DNA from: Octopus sinensis
Lineage: Eukaryota
Assembly (NCBI RefSeq): GCF_006345805.1
Contig: NC_042997.1
Location: 171,988,001 to 172,052,000, forward strand
Length of the DNA: 64,000 nt
Direction of reading: 5' to 3'
This document shows, in pieces, positions 12,652 to 23,899 of the stretch. The notes beneath the pieces were generated by a model. It was given only the letters and a program-made list of their open reading frames with translations, was not told the origin of the DNA and ran no database searches. Each line of letters starts with the position of its first letter. Positions within the stretch are counted from its first letter, which is position 1. Both the position numbers and the translations under genes were made by a program.

Positions 12652-12689
12652 CAGTTGAAAAGGTCTCAAAATGACCGAAACCGGTACTG
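12652..12689 (+). ncRNA. Minimal type I hammerhead ribozyme, U3-A8 core variant
   Basis: cag-TTGAAAA-ggtc(tcaaaat)gacc-GAAA-CCGG-TA-ctg: canonical spacing, palindromic stem III, GUA site after 12686. Confidence 0.6.
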
Positions 12690-13482
12690 AAATGTTCTTT
12701 ATAAAATTATTTTAGCATTTTCTATTTTGACTTGTTTTTTCATATATATATATATATATATATGCATATATGCATACTTATATGTATATACATATATATA
12801 TATATACATATATATACACTTTGTGACGTCCTGTATCCATATATGCATATATATGTTTACATCCCCATAACATAGCAGTTCAGCAAAAGAGACCGATAGG
12901 ATAAATACCAGGCTTACAAAGAGTAAGTCCTGAGGTGGATTTCTTTGACTAAAAGTCAGTACTCCAGCATGGCTGTACTCAAATAACTGAGACAAATAAA
13001 AGAATAAAAGAATACAATAGAAGGAAGACTACATGAGAGAAGACAGATAAGTTCAGAGGGAAGGTGAAATAGTGTTTAGGGAATGTGAGAATGAAGGAGG
13101 ACAGATGTGGATTAAAGAAGAGAAAGTGGTAGAAGATTTGTTATTGACTTGCAATTGAAAACAATACAAAACTAAGCTGTCGAGGCATAGATAAATATAT
13201 TTATTTATATAAACAGCTTGAAAGCCTAGAGGATGTTGGAATAAGGTTTAACAAAAGTGCTCATACACTAGAAAAAAACTTCTTCCCAGAAAAGGTTAGT
13301 TACATCCTCATAAAAGATTCCATAACATTTTTTTAAGTTTATTTTTTTTTAAAATAACCTTTTAAAAAAAAAATCACCTTTATACTTCAAAAACTGTATT
13401 AAGTAATCCTCATAGACTTCCATATATATATATAGTTATATATCAATAGATAGATAGCTAGAAAGATAGACAGATAGATAGA

Positions 13483-13524
<42 letters not shown>

Positions 13525-13616
13525 TAGTGGATGGATCCACTCATGTCTCTATGTACAAGTATTCATTTGAATATATGTACATATATATAAGGATGTGTGT
13601 GTCTATGTGTGTGGGC

Positions 13617-13648
<32 letters not shown>

Positions 13649-13671
13649 ATGTGTGTGTGTGTGTATATATA

Positions 13672-13910
13672 ACTGTATAATAAGATATTATAATAATATT
13701 TTATTCTCCAATTTGAAGTGACAATTTGTAAATACAAACAAGTGACTGAAAAATGATGAGCTAACCCCAGCCAGAATCAGACCACAAATCAATGCTAACA
13801 TGGCTCCTTGCACATCTGATTGGGTTAAATGCTCACCCATCAATTTTGGCCAAATTTACTTAATATATACTTAAACTGTCTAATAGTACATATAATATTT
13901 GTAAACAAAC
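13672..13910 (-). mobile_element. tRNA-like SINE, family C
   Basis: Homologous to 17505-17732 and, inverted, to 17761-18015, which carries an A box TGGCCCAATTGG and a B box GGTTCGATTC. Confidence 0.65.
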
Positions 13911-14027
13911 GCGATATACATGCATGTAATATATGTATATCTATATATATTTCTCCCTCTCCCCCTCTCTCTCTCATTCCTCACATATATATGTATATGT
14001 GTGTGGTGAAAGAGTGTGAGAGAGCAA

Positions 14028-14067
<40 letters not shown>

Positions 14068-14397
14068 CGAAACTGGAGATTTGGTTTTGAAATTATTGAA
14101 TTAGAACTAACTCCTTAGTTTTGTTTATATTTATTTTTTTTTTTTGCTATATATTCTGTGACCTTTGTAACTATAAAGACTAGTTGAAGCACTTCCTTTC
14201 AAGGAATGTTATGCACTCTAGCTGACATAATGCAAATATATCTATAAATGTAAGTATATGTATGCATTCACACACACACACACACATACACAAAAAGAGA
14301 CATACTATATATACATGCACACACATGCATGTATGTATGTGTATGTGTCTCTCTCTTTCTCTCTCTTTTCCTCTTTCTCTCTTTCTCTCTATCTATC

Positions 14398-14428
<31 letters not shown>

Positions 14429-14649
14429 AGTGTGTATGATGGTAAGATCATCAAAAAAAGTAATCCATCTGGTGAGAGATAAATATTATTTAATAAAACC
14501 AATATAAGTATTTTATGTGTTACTATTAGTTTCATGTGCTGAGAGGAGCATGCCAAATAGTGTTTTTAACACATCTGGTCTCCTAGCACAATCATCAGAC
14601 ACTGACCAAATGCCCAATATCTATGTGTATATGTATGTATACACACTGT

Positions 14650-14820
14650 ATTTTAACATGTATAAAGAACTCTTTTTTGTCAAAAATTAGGTTAAAAAAT
14701 ATGGGAATTTCTTATAAATGGATATAATCCCTTACAAAACCTTTTTACTAGGTTTTAAGCCCCCCAAATTAGGGGGTTCCTTATACATGAGGGTTCCTTA
14801 TACACATTAAAATATGGTGT
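14650..14820. mobile_element. Tc1/pogo-like MITE end (second copy at 15285-15420)
   Basis: ttttttgtcaaaaattagg...taagcccccaaattagggggttccttatacatgagggttccttatac occurs twice. Confidence 0.45.
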
Positions 14821-15548
14821 GTGTGTGTGTGTAGCTTTGGCGATGCAAACAGGAAAATATAACTCAAAACATGAGTATATATACATCAGAGCATGAGTTA
14901 AATAGGTTTTTATTTTTAATAATCAGCAAAAGTTACAGAACGACTCAGTGACCGAGAGTTTCATACATTGATGAGTGCCAATGCTCAAAACCCTTGACTC
15001 TTGAGTCAATCTTTCTTTAAGTTCTGCCAATTGTAAATCCTTTCTACTATTGGCATGAGACCTGAAATTTGGGGTGCAGGGAGGTGTTAGTTGTTTACAC
15101 TGATGCCAGTACTCAACTGGTAATTATCTTACCGTCTTTGAAGAGATGAAAGTCAAAGTTTGATCCTGGCAGAATTTGAACTCAGAACATAAAGACAAAT
15201 GAAATGCCACTAAGCAGTTTGTCCAGTGTGCTAACAGTTCTGCTAGCTTGCTGGCATCTACCAATTCGCATATTTTAACGTGCATAAGGAACCCATTTTT
15301 ATCAAAAATTAGGATTAAAAAATATGAGTTTCTTATACATGGGCAGTATTATAATCCCTTACAAAACCTTTTTTTTTCCAAATTTTAAGCCCACAAGGGT
15401 TCCTTATACATGTTATAATATAATATTAATGAAAAATTTGTGTGTATGTGTAAATATATATATGTGCATGTATGTGTGGTGGGAGGGTATATATATATTA
15501 TATATATATCTGTAAATGTAATATGTGACAATTATTCGGTAGCCTTGA

Positions 15549-15605
15549 TAAAACTCCGAGTTTCAGATGTCGGGGTGGAAATCAATGCTGCCATCTCTTC
15601 AGTTA
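15549..15605 (-). ncRNA. Type I hammerhead ribozyme motif (near intact)
   Basis: Minus strand: taa-CTGAAGA-gatg(22 nt)catc-t-GAAA-CTC(g)GAG-TT-tta. Canonical core, palindromic stem III, GUU site. Confidence 0.6.
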
Positions 15606-16735
15606 GCCGGCCATACAGATAAATTCCTCTATTTACTTAATATCGTGTCTCTTTCATTCTCTTGTTGTCTTACCATTTCTATCAATATTATATATATATA
15701 TATACACACACACACATATATACATGTAAATGTATATTTGTGTGTAAACTAAAAGAAAGAAAAAAACTGGATACCATAATTGTATCATATTTACTATGTA
15801 ATATGATACAGTTTGAAGAAATCTCCAAAGATACACACATAGCTTCATAATATATATAAGTTCCATTTCTTCATTCAATACCGATTTGACTTCTGAACTA
15901 ATTTTCAAATATTTAGTATTTTGGCATCTCTATCAGCCTCCCTCTCACCCATTCTTTCTTTTGATATATATGTTTGTATGTGCATATTTCTGTGTATATA
16001 CATCCTCTTCCAAGTAAGTTTTATCTTAATAACTCTGATGTGCACTCTATACGATCTTTTTACTCTTTCGTTTTTCTCTCTTTCTCTCCCTTATTCTTTT
16101 ACCTCCTCTTTTCCCACTATTCTATCCCATTAATCTGTCACTCTCTCTCCCTCACTCTTCATCCTTTGCTCACGTGGCTCCCACGTGACAGTCAGTTATC
16201 TTCCTTCTCCTAACTTGTGTTTCTTTCTTTCTCTCCATTGTTGCTGGAACAAGGAAGACATGTTCTTGTCTGTCTCCTGTCCAAGCTTGATTTACACGTT
16301 CGCCACCACAACCTCGTTTATGCTTAGCAGCTCTTCCTGTTTGTTTTCACTGTCCTGATTGTGTTAACAATTTTGACCCTCCTCAAAATCCGAAATTTTA
16401 TTTAATTTGCTTTGCAGGGGCAACTGTTTTATGGAAAGTGTATATTATTGTTAAATGCTCAAAATACAAGAGTTGAAAAACAGCCAACAACTGCTGAAGG
16501 GTCGTTCTTTATGTTGTTTGTTTTGTTTTCTATTTGTGTCTTTCATTGTTCAAAAAAATAATTCATATTTCATGTACTTGTACTTTGTATTTTTTGTTGT
16601 ATATGTTTCATGATGTCCTGTGCCCACATATGAATATATAAGTGCATAAGGATGTGGGTATGTATATGTACGTAAGTATATATGCATATATATATATGTA
16701 TATACTATTTATAATATATATATGTATATATATAT

Positions 16736-17268
16736 CATCGGTAACACATAAAGCTGAGAAAGAAGCACACTCTAAGTTATAGAGCAATATATAGTATAAT
16801 AAAGTTAGATAACGTCAATTTATGGGATTACCCAGGGTTTCATTCCATAAACTTGTTGGCATAAGGTCACTCGTTAGACAGGCCTTAAACCAACAGGTTT
16901 TGGGATCTGATGATATGCTGTAAAGCTAAGTACTTTATGGACATGAAACCCAGGATATTCCTATAAAGCAGCCTTATTTAACTTTATTTATATATATATA
17001 TGTATATATATATCATCGGTAACACATAAAGCTGAGAAAGAAGCACACTCTAAGTTATAGAGCAATATATAGTATAATAAAGTTAGATAACGTCAATTTA
17101 TGGGATTACCCAGGGTTTCATTCCATAAACTTGTTGGCATAAGGTCACTCGTTAGACAGGCCTTAAACCAACAGGTTTTGGGATCTGATGATATGCTGTA
17201 AAGCTAAGTACTTTATGGACATGAAACCCAGGATATTCCTATAAAGCAGCCTTATTTAACTTTATTTA
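16736..17268. repeat. Exact tandem duplication, period 278 bp, bounded by (TA)n
   Basis: catcggtaacac begins at 16736 and 17014; the two units appear identical. Confidence 0.95.
16902..16961 (+). ncRNA. Degenerate type I hammerhead motif with long stem II (second copy 17180-17239)
   Basis: gggat-CTGATGA-[atg,ctgtaaag / ctttatgg,cat stem]-GAAACCCAGGATATTCC. The antisense half-copy at 16821-16843 preserves the intact 3' half GAAACCCTGGGTAATCCC. Confidence 0.55.
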
Positions 17269-17387
17269 TATTATATTATATATATATATATAGTTAATCC
17301 AGACATGAACAAGCAAGAAAAAACAACAATGCAAGGACGTCGAATAAGTACAGTGTTATCGGACGCTCAGGAAAGAAAGAAAAGAAA

Positions 17388-17426
17388 GAGGATTTCACGT
17401 TTCAAGTGGAGCTCTTCATCAGAAAT
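17388..17426 (-). ncRNA. Degenerate type I hammerhead motif
   Basis: attt-CTGATGA-a-gag(ctcca)ctt-GAAAC-GT-G-aaat. Position 17 is G, so the copy is probably inactive. Confidence 0.5.
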
Positions 17427-17504
17427 ATAGAAAAAGTCCAAAGAAGGGAAGACAGAGAAAGAAAATTGCCAACGATACACACGTGGTCACATATTGTCAC
17501 ATAG

Positions 17505-18015
17505 CTGTATAATAATATATCAATATTTTATTCTCCAATTTGAAGTGACAATTTATAAATACAAACAAATGACCAAATAATGATGAACTAACCTCAGCCA
17601 GAATCGAACCCACAAATCAATGATAACATGGCTCTTTGCACATCCAATTAGGCCAATGCTCACTCATCAATTTCAGCCAAATTTACTTAATATATATTTA
17701 AACTGTCTAATACTATATATAATATTTGTAAACACGGAAGGCTTTGTAAGTTACACATTTGTTTACAAATATTATATGTAGTATTACACAGTTTAAGTAT
17801 ACATTAACAACATGATGACTACCATTGCTCAAAACCCTCAACGCTTGGGTAAGATTGTTGGGGGAGCATTTGGCCCAATTGGATGCGTAAGGGGCCATGT
17901 TAGCGTTGACTTGTGGGTTCGATTCTGGCTGGGGTTAGCTCATCATTTATTTGTATTTATAAATTTTCCCTTCAAATTGGAGAATAAAATATTATTATGA
18001 TATATTATTATACAG
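17505..18015. mobile_element. Inverted pair of tRNA-like SINE (family C) copies
   Basis: 17505-17732 is the reverse complement of 17761-18015 apart from an insertion. A and B boxes at ~17869-17930. Confidence 0.75.
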
Positions 18016-18191
18016 TTCTTATAATACTATGAGCCTTCCTTAGTAGCTTTCTCTCCGTAACTTACAAAGCCTTCCACATTTGTTTGTAAATATTATGCAC
18101 ACACACACACACATACATATATACATACATACACACACATACATACATACATACATACATACATACATACATACATACATACATACATACA

Positions 18192-18975
18192 ATGGGCTTC
18201 TTTCAGTTTCTGTCTACCAAATCCACTAACAAGGTTTAAGTCAGCCCAAGACTATAGTAGAAGACACTTACTCAAGGTGTCACACTGTGGGACTGAACCC
18301 AGAACCATGTGGTTGGGAAGCAAGCTTCCTACCACATAGCCTTGCCTTCACCTCATTGGAGAGATATTTTGAAAATATAACCAAGATCATACATACCTCC
18401 CTGCATAAATACAAGCATTCATACATAAATACATACGTACAAATGTACAAGCATACATACATGCATACATACATACATACATGCATGCATGCATACATAC
18501 ATACATACATACAACATACATACATACATACATACATATACATACATACATATACATACATACATACATACATACTACATACATACATACATACATACAT
18601 ACATACATACATACATACATACAACGGGCTTCTTTCAGTTTCTGTCTACCAAATCCACTAACAAGGTTTAAGTCAGCCCAAGACTATAGTAGAAGACACT
18701 TACTCAAGGTGTCACACTGTGGGACTGAACCCAGAACCATGTGGTTGGGAAGCAAGCTTCCTACCACATAGCCTTGCCTTCACCTCATTGGAGAGATATT
18801 TTGAAAATATAACCAAGATCATACATACCTCCCTGCATAAATACAAGCATTCATACATAAATACATACGTACAAATGTACAAGCATACATACATGCATAC
18901 ATACATACATACATGCATGCATGCATACATACATACATACATACATACATACATACATACATACATACATACAAA
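18192..18975. repeat. Tandem duplication (period ~432 bp) of SINE head, unique spacer and (TACA)n
   Basis: Identical ORF starts at 18287 and 18719; the units are bounded by (TACA)n. Confidence 0.9.
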
Positions 18976-19435
18976 CTTTATATAGAGTCAAATATAAAAT
19001 ACATAGCTTAATTAGAAGATGAATAGTGCCCAATATCTTTTACCTTGATCCATTATGATTAATGTTGGGGAACACTTGGAGTTTGGAAGAGCTTAATATG
19101 ATTCCAGGGAGACCTGATTCCAAATGTCTGCAACAGAGCTGATGTCTGCTGAAGGCATCTAAAAGCCAGATGATAATGTATACTGGGTGACAGATTACAC
19201 CAAAATAGCACTGAAGTAAAATTCTTAAAATGTTGCAAGCACTGAGCAACATTGTTTCTGAGAGTCCCTCATGGCAATTTTACATTTAAAATTGCAGATA
19301 AAGAAAAAAAAGCACAGCACATTTATAATCCAATTTTTTCGTTATATTGATGTCTTTTTTTTACTTATTTACTTTTTATGAACAGCCATTTTAACCTTTA
19401 GTTTGTGCTGTATATCACACAATACACAGAATTTT

Positions 19436-19867
19436 TGGATCTTTTTGATTTGAACGGCAGTTTTTTCTCACGGTGTCATATGAAATTGTCACCCATAATT
19501 ATGACTCTAGTATCGATCTATTGCGTTTCAATCTGTTTTAGGGTTAGGGTTAGTTAGGGTTAGGGGTGGGGGGAAGGGTATCTTTTTTTCTTCAGAAATG
19601 TAAATAAACCCAATCTGTTTCTTAAACGAGGGACATATTCATACAGCACAGAATGTTTTTTTTTACCTCAATAGACGTCAGTGATTGGTTGAAATTGCAG
19701 AAATTGAAGAAAAAAAACAACAAATATCTTACAAACTATAGAATTTTCTCAATAAAGCCAAGAGAAAAAGATGTTTTATAAACACATTCTACCAGTATAC
19801 GAAGTTTTAAAGTGTTTAGTTACATGGAAATTATTTTAAAAACTGCCGTTCAAACCAAAAAGATCCG
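19436..19867. mobile_element. 432-bp MITE with ~30-bp TIRs and internal (TTAGGG)-like repeats
   Basis: ggatctttttgatttgaacggcagttttt / aaaaactgccgttcaaaccaaaaagatcc; ttagggttagggttagttagggttagggg at ~19538-19566. Confidence 0.75.
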
Positions 19868-20501
19868 AATATTTTTCACTGGTATCCTTGCATCATATGT
19901 GATACACATTCCCAATTTTTCTCAGCCACTACAGTAACTAGGAACTAATGAAAGGAAAGCTTTATATTGCCCAGAACGTATGAAACAAGGGCTAACTAAA
20001 AGTCTGAAAACAAGCTTGGACATGTAGCAGGAATATTCAGCAATCACTTGGTTCACTAGAATATTGCCCATGTGATCAACAAAGTCTGACCAATCATGAT
20101 TTTATGTGGAATAGGCTCCTGCAATGACGTCATCTTTTGGCACACCTCCTTCTGAGCCAATCAACCAGTATAGATTCAGCACACCATGACTACAAGACAG
20201 ACAGCTTTGGGCTATGGCAGAGAGAGCATTGACAGACATTGTAGGAGTTGACCAACAGAGACAATGGATAGCAGCTGACAACACTGACAAAGGCAATGAA
20301 TAGTCAGAAGGTGAATGACATTGAAAATCAGTAGCCAGCAAGCAACTATTAACACTTTATCTGCTGCTATAACTACAACTAGAACATTAACAGTAAAAAC
20401 TCTCTGTCTTTTTGTTAGTAGTAACAACATTTATTTATTTTTTTTGTGTGTGTATGTAAAGAATAAGGTTTTGTTTATCAAAATTCTCAACAGACACAAT
20501 A

Positions 20502-20915
20502 GGCGTAGGTGTGGCTGTGTGGTAAGTAGCTTGCTTACCAGCCACATAGTTCCGGATTCATTCCCACTGCGTGGCACCTTGGGAAAGGGTCTTCTACTAT
20601 AGCCTTGGGCCGACCAAGAGTGGATTTGGTAGACGGAAACTGAAAGAAGCTCGTCGTATATATGTATATATATATATGTATATGTGTGTGTATGTTTGTG
20701 TGTCTGTGTTTATCCCCCCAACATTGCTTGACAACTGATGGTGGTGTGTTTACGTCCCTGTAACTTAGCGGTTCGGCAAAAGAGACTGATAGAATAAGTA
20801 CTAGGCTTACAAAGAATAAGTCCTGGGGTCGATTTGCTCGACCAAAGGCGGTGCTCCAGCATGGCCACAGTCAAATGACTGAAACAAGTAAAAGAGTAAA
20901 AGAGAGAGTAAAGAG
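20502..20915 (+). mobile_element. tRNA-derived SINE, family A
   Basis: Full head, body and tail. Confidence 0.9.
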
Positions 20916-21085
20916 ACTCTAACGTTCTTTGTACAGACATTTAGGACAAACTTGTGAAAATGCTTTGGACAAGCAAAGGGTTTAAATAAAGTCTTAGATA
21001 TTTGCATTTGCAACAGCATCACCATCACAGACATGTGAGCAGCATACCAATCGTTTTCTTTTAAATGAACAATATTTAGTTAAAT

Positions 21086-21815
21086 ATTTCGTCTGCCGCT
21101 ATGTTCTGTGTTCAAATTCCACCGAGGTCAACTTTGCATTTCATCCTTTCGGCGTCGATAGATTAAGTACCAGTTACGCACTGGCTTCGATATAATCAAC
21201 TTAATCCGTTTGTCTGTCCTTGTTTGTCCCCTCTGTGTTTAGCCCCTTGTGGGCAATAAAGAAATAGGTATTTCGTCTGCCGCTATGTTCTGAGTTCAAA
21301 TTCCACTGAGGTCGACTTTGCATTTCATCCTTTCGGCGTCGATAGATTAAGTACCAGTTACGCACTGGGTTCGATATAATCAACTTAATCCGTTTGTCTG
21401 TCTTTGTTTGTCCCCTCTGTGTTTAGCCCCTTGTGGGCAATAAAGAAATAGGTATTTCGTCTGCCACTATGTTCTGAGTTCAAATTCCACCGATCGACTT
21501 TGCATTTCATCCTTTCGGGGTCGATTAAATAAGTACCAGTTACGCACTGGGTTCGATATAATCGACTTAATCCATTTGTCTGTCCTTGTTTGTCCCCTCT
21601 GTGTTTAGCCCCTTGTGGGCAATAAAGAAATAGGTATTTCGTCTGCCGCTATGTTCTGAGTTCAAATTCCACTGAGGTCGACTTTGCATTTCATCCTTTC
21701 GGCGTCGATAGATTAAGTACCAGTTACGCACTGGGTTCGATATAATCGACTTAATCCGTTTAACTGTCCTTGTTTGTCCCCTCTGTGTTTAGCCCCTTGT
21801 GGGAAGTAAAGAAAT
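21086..21815 (+). repeat. Four head-to-tail copies (~182 bp) of the body of SINE family B
   Basis: The unit gtatttcgtctgccgctatgttctgagttcaaattcc...gactttgcatttcatcctttcgg...gggcaataaagaaatag occurs four times. The tRNA head is absent. Confidence 0.9.
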
Positions 21816-22298
21816 ACATTGATCCCAGTGTTCAACTGGTACTTATTTCATCAACCCTGAAAAGATGAGAGGCAAAGTCAACCTTAGGACCAGGAACTCT
21901 TCAGCACCCCCTCATAGATCCTATTTCATATATAACTTTTACAAACCCTTAACCATAAAATTAAATAAAAGACAACATAGACTTTATATTAGTGAATAAA
22001 CCCCATAAAATTAGCACTAAAGTCGGCGATAACATATGAACAATATTCAGTTAAATGAACAATATTTAATGACCCAAACTAGAGCATTACTTATACATTT
22101 GGGGCACTACAGATGCTACTATGCTGTGTGTACATGCTGTTAGTTATTACTGTAAGTAAACAGTTGGCATCAATAAAATAAAACTGTTGACAAAAGGGCG
22201 TCGTGATAAGACAATATATGAAATATTTTGATAACAAAATTACATACGTACATACGCAAATACATACATGCATGCATACATACATAGGTGTGTGTGTG

Positions 22299-22299
<1 letters not shown>

Positions 22300-22331
<32 letters not shown>

Positions 22332-22332
22332 T

Positions 22333-22385
<53 letters not shown>

Positions 22386-22386
22386 T

Positions 22387-22439
<53 letters not shown>

Positions 22440-22440
22440 G

Positions 22441-22510
<70 letters not shown>

Positions 22511-22512
22511 CA
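22300..22512. repeat. (CAGA)n/(TAGA)n microsatellite
   Basis: Direct reading. Confidence 0.95.
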
Positions 22513-22991
22513 GAGCTTTAGATATTAAACAATTTTTATATTCCAGCTTGGTTACACATGCTTACTTTTTATGAAGCCATTGGTTGGAAAGGTGTAATAT
22601 ACATATATATATATATATATATTGCCTTATATGCTATTGTCTCTGTTCTATTAGAAACTTATGTTTATGCCGTTACACTGAGTAATTCCTAAGCACCATT
22701 TAAATATATATTCTTTTGATATTGTTGACACCATTTGAATTTTGGTACAACTTGGTGGTGTTGAAATTATAATGATTCCCAACAGAGTGGCTGATGATGG
22801 AATTTATATGTTTATTTTGACAATTCATGTTGTTATTGAGGTATTTATGTAGTTGTTTATATGTAGCATTTTTGTACAGTACTTTTTTTTTATTCATCTT
22901 TTGTGTAGTTCTAAATTCCTCAGAATTTCAATGTCATTGCCAATTTTAGTCCTAATTTTATGGGGTTTATTCAGTAATACAAAGTTTATGT

Positions 22992-23282
22992 TTTTAGGGA
23001 GATGTACTTGCATAGCGAGTGACTTGATCTGAGATCATGTGCTGGAACGAAAACAATTGCAGCATGGAAGGTGTTTACCAGCCATTTAAGAAACACACAA
23101 AAAAACGTTAGATTTGCTTCAACATTTAAATTTAATTTGTCAAAATATTTTCATTGCTTTGAGACCGCGACCTGTTCACTGGCAAAACTTTTAACAAATT
23201 AAATTTAAATGTTGAAGCAAATCTAACGGTTTTTGTGTGTTTCTTAAATGGCTTATAAACACCTTCCATGCTGCAATTGTTT
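22992..23282 (-). mobile_element. 291-bp Penelope-like non-autonomous insertion with internal inverted repeat and 11-bp TSD
   Basis: Flanked by aaagtttatgt (22981-22991) and aaagtctatgt (23283-23293). The paralogous site near 21978 has a single copy. Inverted arms at ~23050-23140 and 23194-23282. Confidence 0.75.
23139..23183 (-). ncRNA. Type I hammerhead-like motif with G3-C8 swapped core pair
   Basis: gcca-GTGAACA-g-gtcgc(ggtctcaaa)gcaat-GAAA-ATAT-TT-tgac; palindromic stem III AATATT. The stem II mismatches are consistent with CpG decay. Confidence 0.45.
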
Positions 23283-23454
23283 AAAGTCTATGTTGTCTTT
23301 TATTTAATTTTATGGTTAAGGGTTTGTAAAAGTTACAAATGAAATAGGATCTATGAGGGGGGTGCTGAAGAGTTCCTGGTCCTAAGGTTGACTTTGCCTC
23401 TCATCTTTTCAGGGTTGAGGAAATAAGTACCAGTTGAGCACTGGGATCAATGTA

Positions 23455-23770
23455 TTTCTTTACTGCCCACAAGGGGCTAAACACAGAGGGGACAAACAAG
23501 GGCAGACAAAGGGATTCAGTCGATTATATCGAACCCAGTGCGTAACTGGTACTTATTTAATCGACCCCGAAAGGATGAAATGCAAAGTTGACCTTGGTGG
23601 AATTTGAACTCAGAACATAGCGGCAGACGAAATACCTATTTCTTCATTGCCCACAAGGGGCTAAACACAGAGGGGACAAACAAGGACAGACAAATGGATT
23701 AAGTCGATTACATCGACCCCAGTGCGTAACAGGTACTTAATTTATTGACCCCGAAAGGATGAAAGTCAAA
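23455..23770 (-). mobile_element. SINE family B tandem copies (inverted paralogue of 21500-21815)
   Basis: Shares the diagnostic variants atgaaatgcaaagt and gaacccagtgcg with the plus-strand array. Confidence 0.85.
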
Positions 23771-23899
23771 GCACTGGGATCAATGTAATCAACTGTCAAT
23801 AACCCCCTCAAAAAAATAAATAAATTCAGGCCTTGTGCCTATAATAGAAACGATTATATACCTGATATCTCACTAATATCATTTATATACTTAAATCTA

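Noticed and set aside
14940-15010. Hammerhead-like TTGATGA-gtgc(caat)gctc-AAAAC
   Set aside because: G12 is lost and no stem I or stem III partner was found; too degenerate to call.
17869-17935. tRNA gene
   Set aside because: A and B boxes are present but there is no convincing cloverleaf; it is the head of a repeated SINE.
19538-19570. Interstitial telomere or fusion scar
   Set aside because: Only about four imperfect units, located inside a TIR-bounded MITE.
20102-20341. 79-aa minus-strand ORF in unique-looking DNA
   Set aside because: No recognisable domain or consistent splice partners; several frames are equally plausible.
21086-21815. CRISPR-like regular array
   Set aside because: The units are ~182-bp SINE bodies without unique spacers; the context is eukaryotic and there are no cas genes.
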